Shown here: piece after piece, positions 15,600 through 21,821 of the stretch
Numbering within the stretch: the first letter of the stretch is position 1
Layout of the letters: every line of letters begins with the position of its first letter
Origin: an uncultured Gemmatimonadaceae bacterium
GTDB lineage: Bacteria > Gemmatimonadota > Gemmatimonadetes > Longimicrobiales > Gaopeijiaceae
Direction: 5' to 3'
Length of the DNA: 21,821 nucleotides
Assembly (NCBI GenBank): GCA_964420725.1
Contig: CAYQVI010000035.1
Coordinates: 1-21,821, forward strand
The notes under the pieces: model-generated
What the model was told of the DNA's origin: nothing
The model's input: only the letters and a program-made list of their open reading frames with translations
Databases searched by the model: none
Made by a program: the position numbers and the translations under genes

Positions 15600-17456
15600 T
15601 CAGCTCGTCAGGTTCCGGCCGTCCAGCACGTCCCGGACCTTCCTGCTGATGGAAGATGGATTGAAGGGCTTCTGCAGGAACCCCTGCCCCACCTCCAGGG
15701 CTCCGTGGTGCATCACTGCATCGTCCGTGTACCCCGACATGAAGAGCACCTTCAGCGAAGGCCGGACTTCCAGGAGGGTCGCTGCCAGCTCCCGCCCCCC
15801 CATCCGGGGCATCACCACATCCGTGAGGAGGAGGTCGATGGACTCCCCCCTCTCACGGGCCACATGGATGGCCTCACCGGCGTCCCGGGCCTCGATGACG
15901 GTGTAGCCCAGCCCCACGAGAATCCGACGGGCCAGGGTCCGGACCATCTCCTGATCCTCCACCAGGAGGATGGTCTCGGTCCCATGCTCCCGTCCCTCTT
16001 CCTCGTGTTGGAATTCGTCCTCCTCCACGACCCCGTCCACCCGGGGGAAGTAGAGCCGGATGGCGGTTCCAAACCCCTCCTCGCTCTCCACTTCGATGTA
16101 GCCGCTGGACTGCTTCACGATCCCGTAGACCATGGCCAGCCCCAGACCGGTTCCCTTCCCGGGGCCCTTGGTGGTGAAGAAGGGCTCGAAGATCTTCCCG
16201 AGGGTATCCTCTGACATCCCCTCACCGGTGTCCCGGACCTCCAGGAGGACATGATCCCCGGGGTTGGCCCCCACATTCCGTTCCACGAAGTCCAGGTCCA
16301 GCTTCACGTTGGCGGTGCGGATCAGGAGTTCTCCGCCCCGGAGCATCGCATCCCGGGCGTTCACCACCAGGTTCAGGAGGACCTGCTCCAACTGTCCCGG
16401 ATCCCCCCGCATCGCCCAGATGGATTCGCCGGGGAGGAAGACCAGCTCCACATCCTCCCCGATGACCCGCCGCATCATGGACTCCATGCGGGAGACGACG
16501 GAGTTGAGGTCCAGGTTGCGGAGCTCGAAAACCTGGCGCCGGCTGAAGGCCAGGAGCTGCCGGGTCAGGGAGGCCGCCCGGGCGGAGGCCGACTTGATCT
16601 CCTGCAGGTCCTCCCGGGACGGATCATCCAGGGGCATGACGGCCAGAAGCAGGTCCGCATGCCCCGAGATCACCGTGATGAGGTTGTTGAAGTCGTGGGC
16701 GATCCCTCCTGCCAGCCGACCCACCGACTCGATGCGCTGGGACACCCTGAGCTGGTCCTCCAGCTTCTTCCGGGAGGTCACGTCCCGGACCACGCCCTGG
16801 ATCCGGCCGTCGTTCAACCGCTGGGCGCTGAGTTCCACGGGTACTTCGCTGCCGTCCTTCCGGAGGAGCGTCGTCTCGTGGAGGACGGTGCGCCCCTCCC
16901 GGAGCAGGAGCGCCAGACGCTCCTGGGTCTGGCGGGCCATGGCCTCGCTGGTGAGGTCGTGGAGGGTCAGTCCCACCAGCTCCGTCCGGGTGTAGCCCGT
17001 GAGCTCCTTGGCTGCGGCATTCACCTCCAGCAGGCGTCCGGAGGGATCGGCCAGGAAGAAGGCGTCGGAGGCCCGATCCACCAGGAAGTGGTAGCGGCGG
17101 GCGGCCATATCCGCGGACACCCCTTCGGAATCCAGGAGGATGGTGGCCCCGCGCCCCTCCGGGAGTTCCACGGCGGCAATGCTCACCCGGACGGTGGAGC
17201 CGTCCTGCGCCGGAAGGAGGACGTCGGTGCGGCGTGTGTCCCCCCGGAGGACCGCACCCAGGGCCCGGCCCAGGGTCCCGGGTCCCCCCTCTCCAGGGCT
17301 CGCCAGGATCGCTCCCTCCGGCACCCCCCGCCAGCTATGCCCGGTCTTCGCCTTCTCCTCCCAGGCATGATTCATGGCGACGATCCGGCCTGTGCCGTCC
17401 ACCACCACCGCCGGAACCGGAAACTGGCGGAACACCGCCCCCGGGTCAGTGAGCAC
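15600..17456 (-). CDS. Cytoplasmic hybrid sensor histidine kinase (~618 aa). PAS/PAC sensor repeats, HisKA, HATPase_c and a C-terminal REC receiver domain.
   Basis: The H-box is [16 protein letters not shown]. The N-box and G-boxes are ([10 protein letters not shown]; DTGEGM; GLGLAMV). The receiver has ILLVEDQE...[10 protein letters not shown]...K. No TM segment is present. The proposed start is GTG 17456, preceded by GGAGG at a 6-nt spacing and lying 6 nt after the udk stop. The track ORF instead extends to 17522 with a 77-bp overlap. Confidence 0.85.
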   Translation of the reverse strand: MLTDPGAVFRQFPVPAVVVDGTGRIVAMNHAWEEKAKTGHSWRGVPEGAILASPGEGGPGTLGRALGAVLRGDTRRTDVLLPAQDGSTVRVSIAAVELPEGRGATILLDSEGVSADMAARRYHFLVDRASDAFFLADPSGRLLEVNAAAKELTGYTRTELVGLTLHDLTSEAMARQTQERLALLLREGRTVLHETTLLRKDGSEVPVELSAQRLNDGRIQGVVRDVTSRKKLEDQLRVSQRIESVGRLAGGIAHDFNNLITVISGHADLLLAVMPLDDPSREDLQEIKSASARAASLTRQLLAFSRRQVFELRNLDLNSVVSRMESMMRRVIGEDVELVFLPGESIWAMRGDPGQLEQVLLNLVVNARDAMLRGGELLIRTANVKLDLDFVERNVGANPGDHVLLEVRDTGEGMSEDTLGKIFEPFFTTKGPGKGTGLGLAMVYGIVKQSSGYIEVESEEGFGTAIRLYFPRVDGVVEEDEFQHEEEGREHGTETILLVEDQEMVRTLARRILVGLGYTVIEARDAGEAIHVARERGESIDLLLTDVVMPRMGGRELAATLLEVRPSLKVLFMSGYTDDAVMHHGALEVGQGFLQKPFNPSSISRKVRDVLDGRNLTS

Positions 17457-18081
17457 CCGCGGCCTCCAGGACGGAGCGGACCTTCGTGACCAGCATGTCC
17501 ACCGCCACCCGGTTCTCTCCACCCTCGGGGACGATGAGGTCCGCGTAGCGCTTGCTGGGCTCCACGAAGTCGAGGTGCATGGGTCGTACAGTCTCGCAGT
17601 ACTGGGTCACGACGGATTCCAGGCTCCTTCCCCGGTCCTGCAGGTCCCGGATGAGCCGACGGATGAACCGGAGGTCGGAGTCAGTATCGACATAGATCCG
17701 GATATCCATCAGTTCCCGGAGTTCAGGCTCCGCCAGGACCAGGATCCCATCCACAAGGATCACCTCCGCCGGTTCCACCCGGACGGTGCGGGGAATCCTC
17801 CGATGCGTGGTGAAGTCGTACACCGGGACATCCACACCCCGCCCCTCCCTCAGCTCCCGCAGGTGCCGCACCAGCAGGGAGGTCTCCAGCGCCTCCGGGT
17901 GATCGAAGTTGACCACCGCACGCTCCCCGGCGGTGAGATGGTCGAAGTCCCGGTAGTAGCTGTCGTGGTGGAGCAGCGCCACCCGGTCCGGCTCCACCCC
18001 CTTCACCAGGGAGGCCACCACCGTGGACTTCCCCGAGCCGCTCCCTCCGGCAACCCCCACCACGACCGGACGGCGCGTCAC
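17446..18081 (-). CDS. udk: Uridine kinase (uridine/cytidine kinase), 211 aa.
   Basis: The P-loop is GVAGGSGSGKST. Characteristic Udk blocks include HHDSYY, VNFDHPEA, YDF, ILVDGIL, YVDTDSDLRFIRRLIRDLQDRGR and VVTQY. The GTG start at 18081 overlaps the upstream regulator stop (GTGA). Confidence 0.85.
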   Translation of the reverse strand: MTRRPVVVGVAGGSGSGKSTVVASLVKGVEPDRVALLHHDSYYRDFDHLTAGERAVVNFDHPEALETSLLVRHLRELREGRGVDVPVYDFTTHRRIPRTVRVEPAEVILVDGILVLAEPELRELMDIRIYVDTDSDLRFIRRLIRDLQDRGRSLESVVTQYCETVRPMHLDFVEPSKRYADLIVPEGGENRVAVDMLVTKVRSVLEAAGAH

Positions 18082-18767
18082 GATCCCTCCACAGGGGAGA
18101 CCAGGATCCGGGAGGCCAGGGTCTCCCCCAGCGTCTCCGGTTCTCCTGGGGATCCCGCCACCCGGACGCGCAAGGTCCCATCAAAGGGGACCCGGGCCTC
18201 CAGGACCAGTTCGACGCCGGGGACCAGCCCCCGTGACTCCAGGTAGCGAAGATGCTCCGGATCCTCGTCCTGCACCGCCCGGATCACCACCCGCCGGGGA
18301 AGATCCTCGTCGGCAAGCGTGGGATAGCGGGCGGCATCGATGGCCCCCGAGGCATCGGGGATGGGTGCCCCGTGCGGGTCGTGGCGAGGATCGTCCAGGG
18401 CGTGGGCCATCCGCTCGATGAGCCGGTCCGAGGCTGCATGCTCCAGTCTCTCCGCCTCGGCGTGGACGTCATCCCAGGTGTAGCCCAGCCGTTCGTGCAG
18501 GTATGTCTCGAGGATGCGGTGACGACGGAGGATGCGCAGCGCCTCCCGTGTGCCACTGGAGGTGAGGCGGACGCCACGGTAGGGGACGTGCTCCAGCAGC
18601 TCCGACTCCGCCAGCCTCTTCACCATCCCAGAGACCGAGGCGGGCTGAACCTCCAGGCGCTCCGCGATGTCCCGGGTGACAGCCGGATCCCCTCCCTCGC
18701 ACAGGCCATAGATGGCCTTCAGGTAGTCCTCCACGGACCGGGACAGGCGGGGGGGTTGCTCAGCCAT
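18078..18767 (-). CDS. DtxR/IdeR/MntR-family metal-dependent transcriptional regulator with C-terminal SH3-like (FeoA-type) domain, ~229 aa. The metal-site substitutions suggest Mn(II) specificity.
   Basis: The start is ATG 18767 (MAEQPPRLSRSVEDYLKAIYGL...), aligned by eye with the DtxR N-terminus (TEMYLRTIYEL). The HTH is followed by a dimerisation/metal segment VHAEAERLEHAASD and a C-terminal ~70 aa SH3-like tail. The upstream part of the 312-aa track ORF is low-complexity and unlikely to be coding. Confidence 0.8.
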   Translation of the reverse strand: MAEQPPRLSRSVEDYLKAIYGLCEGGDPAVTRDIAERLEVQPASVSGMVKRLAESELLEHVPYRGVRLTSSGTREALRILRRHRILETYLHERLGYTWDDVHAEAERLEHAASDRLIERMAHALDDPRHDPHGAPIPDASGAIDAARYPTLADEDLPRRVVIRAVQDEDPEHLRYLESRGLVPGVELVLEARVPFDGTLRVRVAGSPGEPETLGETLASRILVSPVEGS

Positions 18768-18918
18768 GGACACGGGTCGCGGGGAGTCCAGGTGGGGCGC
18801 AGGCGGATCGGGCCGCCACGCCCCCGGGTATCCAGAGGAATCTAACCCTACCCCACCGTGTGGGACCAATGCGCTCCCAGCGGTGGGAGCCCCGATTTCG
18901 CCATGCGAGGAGACTCCA

Positions 18919-19317
18919 GTGCACCCGAGGCCCCACCCAGAGGACATCCAGGTATCCGTCCGCCCCACGTATTTCTTCCAGGGCTCCGACCCCGCACGCC
19001 AACGGTTCGTGTTCACCTACCACGTCCGCATGGAGAACAAGGGTCAGGACCCGGCGCGCCTCCTCTACCGGCACTGGACCATCCACGACCCTGAGGGGGA
19101 GGACATCGAGGTGGACGGCGAGGGTGTGGTGGGAGAGCAGCCCCTCCTGGATCCCGGGGGAAGCCATGAGTACTCCAGCCACTGCATCCTCCGCTCTCCC
19201 GTGGGAGGCTTCATGGAGGGGTACTACACCTTCGTCCGGGGCGATGGCACCCTCTTCCGGGTCCCGGTGCCCCGGTTCGGTCTGGAGGCGATCCTGCCTC
19301 GCATGCTGGATGCCTGA
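18919..19317 (+). CDS. apaG: ApaG-domain protein (DUF525), 132 aa.
   Basis: GTG at 18919 is preceded by GAGGAG at a 7-nt spacing. ApaG-domain blocks are VFTYHVRMENKG, YRHWTIHDPEG, GEGVVGEQPLLDPG, HEYSSHCILRSP, GFMEGYYTFVRGDG and FRVPVPRFGLE. TGA at 19315-19317. It is divergent from the metalloregulator operon. Confidence 0.8.
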   Translation: MHPRPHPEDIQVSVRPTYFFQGSDPARQRFVFTYHVRMENKGQDPARLLYRHWTIHDPEGEDIEVDGEGVVGEQPLLDPGGSHEYSSHCILRSPVGGFMEGYYTFVRGDGTLFRVPVPRFGLEAILPRMLDA

Positions 19318-19329
19318 TGAGACGCCGGG

Positions 19330-20694
19330 TCACCCGGGCTCCATCCCCCTGCTCCCCAGCGGAGCACGGGAGCGAACCAGCACCGCCCCTCCAGACCGGA
19401 TCATGGGGAAGATCAGGACCAGCAGAAGGAGCCCCGCCCCCAGGACCATGAGCCGCGTCCCCAGCCCCCGCAGCCGGATCTGGGGCCCGGGGGCCGTGAG
19501 GATCAGGGTCCGGTCTGCCTCCAGGCGGGCGGTCATGTAGAGGATCTCCTCCCTCCCCTCCCCCAGTTGACCGGTGAGGGCCACCGCCGACGGAGGGGGG
19601 GGGATGGCTGCGATCCGTCCGGACGCCTCCTCATCCAGGGTGGTGGTCACCACCGATCCGCTGTGGACCACGGTCACCGGGAAGCCGGTAAGACGCTGAA
19701 CGTCCTGGGGGGTCAGCCGCTCCCACTCCGTACGGGCCAGCGCCATGGCCCGGGACAGCTCCTGCACCGTGGCCCGTCGGGCCTCCTCCGGGAAGGTTCG
19801 CCCCAGCACCGTCAGCAACCCGAGCACCATGAGAAGGGGAACCCAGACCAGGGTCAGGGAACGCTGACCCTTCCAGCGATCCCCGGGGGCGCCGTCGGGG
19901 CGGAACTCCAGGAGCCACCACCCTGCCAGCCCCAGCGCCACGGCCACCAGGGCACTCAGGAGGGGGATCCGCCTGGGGAAGGGATCGGGACGGGGGGCCA
20001 CCGGGGACACCAGGACCGAGACCTCCGGTGCCCGCCCCCGTTGCGCCTCCCGGGGATGGAGGGACGCCCAGCGGTCCCCCAGCCGGAGGGGCATACCGCC
20101 GGGGAAGAGCCCCAGTCGCCGGTTGACTCCGAACGAGAGGGTATCCGGACCGAAGTCGTTGGCCGTGGACACCCTGCGGACCCGGGTCACGTAGAGGGCG
20201 GCGTCGTATCCCACCGCCTCGGCAAACTCCCGGACGAAGCCCGCCTCGAAGCGTCCGGAGGCGAAGTAGACCCCCGCTGCCGCTCCCGGCAGGAGGACCG
20301 CGAGCTCCAGCCCCTCCTCCCCCGCCTGCAACTCCCCCACCGTATCCCCCGCCAGCGCCGCCTGGATCCCGGGGAGCTCCCGGTCGGCTCCAGGGAGGGG
20401 GCGGGCCCTCCGGGCCAGGAGCGCAGTGGTCTCCTCCAGGTCCCGCTCCAGGAGGAAGACGGCGGCGGCGCCCATCCGCTGGTCCTCCTCGAACTGCAGG
20501 CGCTGTACCTCTCCCGCCCTGAGATACGCTGCCGCCCACAGTCCAAGGCTCAGGGGGAGGACCACCGCACCCAGGTAGACGGACAGGATCCAGCGATCCC
20601 CTGCAGGACGGCGCCCGCTGAGAATGGAACTTCCCGGGGCGACAGGGCCGTCCGGTTCGTCCGAGGGGATGGGTTCTGCGTCGAGAGGTGGCAC
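19330..20694 (-). CDS. Hypothetical integral membrane protein, 454 aa. It has four predicted TM helices, arranged as two TM-bounded extracytoplasmic segments of ~190 and ~110 aa. No recognisable catalytic or signalling domain was found.
   Basis: The amino-acid composition is normal (A/L/E/R-rich, not G/P/R low-complexity), unlike the overlapping ORFs 19567..20706(+) and 19631..20791(-). GC3 is high. The TM segments are WILSVYLGAVVLPLSLGLWAAAYL, IPLLSALVAVALGLAGWWLL, SLTLVWVPLLMVLGLLTVLG and LMVLGAGLLLLVLIFPMI. The GTG start has no clear SD, so the start is uncertain. Confidence 0.5.
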   Translation of the reverse strand: MPPLDAEPIPSDEPDGPVAPGSSILSGRRPAGDRWILSVYLGAVVLPLSLGLWAAAYLRAGEVQRLQFEEDQRMGAAAVFLLERDLEETTALLARRARPLPGADRELPGIQAALAGDTVGELQAGEEGLELAVLLPGAAAGVYFASGRFEAGFVREFAEAVGYDAALYVTRVRRVSTANDFGPDTLSFGVNRRLGLFPGGMPLRLGDRWASLHPREAQRGRAPEVSVLVSPVAPRPDPFPRRIPLLSALVAVALGLAGWWLLEFRPDGAPGDRWKGQRSLTLVWVPLLMVLGLLTVLGRTFPEEARRATVQELSRAMALARTEWERLTPQDVQRLTGFPVTVVHSGSVVTTTLDEEASGRIAAIPPPPSAVALTGQLGEGREEILYMTARLEADRTLILTAPGPQIRLRGLGTRLMVLGAGLLLLVLIFPMIRSGGAVLVRSRAPLGSRGMEPG

Positions 20695-20763
20695 CGGTAC
20701 CCGTGAGCGAGTAACTTTGGGAGTTTTCCCTGCTGTTCCGCTGTTCGAGATGAGGGGGTGTTC

Positions 20764-20976
20764 TTGGACGACTCCGTAGCCGTCGATGCAAAGCGGATCC
20801 TGCTCCGGTACGGCACGCCCATCGCGGTGCTGGACCAGATCACCGAACAGGATCGCATCGCCTTCGCCCGGGCCGTGGCCCGGATGCCCCTGGCCGAGCG
20901 CGAGCCCCGCCTGCAGACCCTGCTCAAGAACGGTGGGTACATCGAGGTCGAGGCGAAGCCCCGCAGGAAACGATAA
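20764..20976 (+). CDS. Small hypothetical protein, ~70 aa, with a basic C-terminal tail (...YIEVEAKPRRKR). Local GC is lower than the genome average.
   Basis: TTG at 20764 is preceded by GAGGGGG at a 6-nt spacing; the track uses GTG 20758. The reading frame is clean, with TAA at 20974-20976. GC-poor stop codon and AT-richer upstream region (20710-20760). No family recognised. Confidence 0.4.
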   Translation: MDDSVAVDAKRILLRYGTPIAVLDQITEQDRIAFARAVARMPLAEREPRLQTLLKNGGYIEVEAKPRRKR

Positions 20977-20997
20977 CCCGCTTTCGCCCCTCTGTCG

Positions 20998-21821
20998 TCA
21001 GGCCACCATCCCCGCGATGATCGTGGCCACCACGGCTCCGGCCCCCGCCGCCGCCACCGCCAGCGGTAGCTGTGTCAGCACGTGGTCCATCAGGTCCGAA
21101 CCGCAGGCCAGGCTGGTAAGGATGGTGGTGTCCGAGATGGGGGAACACTGGTCCCCGAAGACCGCCCCTCCCAGGACCGCCCCGAACGCCACCGCATTGT
21201 ACGTTGGATCGGGGCTGACGGCGTAGGCCAGCGGCATGGCCAGCGGAAAGACCACCGCGTAGGTCCCCCAGGATGACCCGATGGAGAAGGCCACGATCAT
21301 GCAGGTCAGCATGAGGATGGCCGGCAGGAAGGTGGGATTCACCAACTGCGCCACCGACTCCACCAGGAAGGCCGCCGTCCCCAGCCCCCGGGAAACCTGC
21401 CCCAGGGTCACGGCCAGCCCCAGGACGATGGCCCCGATGGTCACCCCCTTGCACCCGTCCACGAACCCCTCGATCACCGTCTTGAGGGGCATCCCCCGCA
21501 CCAGGGCGATCCCCATGGCGGTGAGGAGGGCCATCCCGAAGGCCTGGGCGATGGGGACCGAAATTCCCCCCAGGAAGAGGTTCAGGTCCCCGGCCTGGAT
21601 GGCCCGGACCAGCGGCCCCAGCACCCCGGACAGCGCCATCCCGATGAGGACCGCCAGGGGGATCAGGAATCCCAGCAGCGACGGGCTGTAGTCCTCCGGG
21701 ATCTTCAGGGTGCTCAACTCCTGGGCCGCCAGCGGCTCCGCCCCATCCCGGTCCAGCTTCCCCTCTTCCCGGGCCCTCCGCCGGGCGGCCCGCATCCGCT
21801 TCCCCTCCCAGGGGAGGAGCT
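20998..21821 (-). CDS. NhaC-family Na+/H+ antiporter, C-terminal half. The gene continues beyond the window end, so it is partial.
   Basis: It has multiple TM helices and the NhaC-characteristic block GDQCSPISDTTILTSLACGSDLMDHV near the C-terminus. The internal cytoplasmic loop (RAARRRAREEGKLDRDGAEP...) lies near the window edge. The stop is at 20998-21000. Confidence 0.6.
   Translation of the reverse strand, partial: LLPWEGKRMRAARRRAREEGKLDRDGAEPLAAQELSTLKIPEDYSPSLLGFLIPLAVLIGMALSGVLGPLVRAIQAGDLNLFLGGISVPIAQAFGMALLTAMGIALVRGMPLKTVIEGFVDGCKGVTIGAIVLGLAVTLGQVSRGLGTAAFLVESVAQLVNPTFLPAILMLTCMIVAFSIGSSWGTYAVVFPLAMPLAYAVSPDPTYNAVAFGAVLGGAVFGDQCSPISDTTILTSLACGSDLMDHVLTQLPLAVAAAGAGAVVATIIAGMVA

Noticed and set aside
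16251-17489. 412-aa plus-strand ORF (and 16264..16995) antisense to the histidine kinase. Also 7492..8946(-) and 8980..9984(-) antisense to the S9 peptidase. Also 14267..15430(-) antisense to the ADH. Also 19567..20706(+) and 19631..20791(-) overlapping the membrane protein gene.
   Set aside because: All are G/P/R/H-rich, lack motifs, and lie opposite genes with strong homology. These are spurious high-GC ORFs.
17456-17522. Histidine kinase starting at ATG 17522 (MERTGWRWTCWSRRS...) as in the ORF track.
   Set aside because: This start overlaps udk by 77 bp and gives a W/R-rich non-conserved extension. The in-frame GTG at 17456 has a GGAGG SD at ideal spacing and starts 6 nt after the udk stop. 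The longer form is not fully excluded.
18825-18840. Possible full IdeR/DtxR operator.
   Set aside because: Only one half-site-like element (TCTAACCCTA) is present, with an inserted base and no matching left half. It is kept as a low-confidence note in the findings, not as a feature.

Overview
This is a ~70% GC bacterial chromosomal window (thermophile-like codon bias, GC3 very high). It is densely coding, with the real genes split across both strands.

Genes called, in order:
- 3' end of a threonine dehydratase (partial).
- A secreted amidohydrolase, translationally coupled to an NfeD-like membrane protein and a flotillin (SPFH/band-7) gene.
- A large lipoprotein Zn-metalloprotease with an HEIGHAIGLPHN motif (minus strand).
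- An unusual ~1 kb intergenic region containing an orphan 49-codon gene with its own promoter, SD and a 15-bp-stem terminator.
- An S9 prolyl-oligopeptidase-family serine peptidase.
- An HDAC-family deacetylase (minus strand), divergent from a TonB-dependent receptor, followed by a DUF4249-like lipoprotein and a Zn-alcohol dehydrogenase.
- A minus-strand operon of a DtxR/MntR-family metalloregulator, uridine kinase and a cytoplasmic PAS hybrid histidine kinase.
- apaG.
- A 4-TM hypothetical membrane protein.
- A small lower-GC basic-tailed protein.
- The 3' half of an NhaC-type antiporter (partial).

No rRNA, tRNA, CRISPR or mobile-element signatures were seen. The many long antisense ORFs in the six-frame track are GC-driven artefacts.

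The most unusual material is the 6523-7494 intergenic region. It holds strand-asymmetric C-rich and G-rich blocks, a tandem GACAGGGG repeat, and the orphan small gene flanked by a strong intrinsic terminator. A likely non-canonical CTG start for the TonB-associated lipoprotein and the regulator-udk-kinase operon are also notable.
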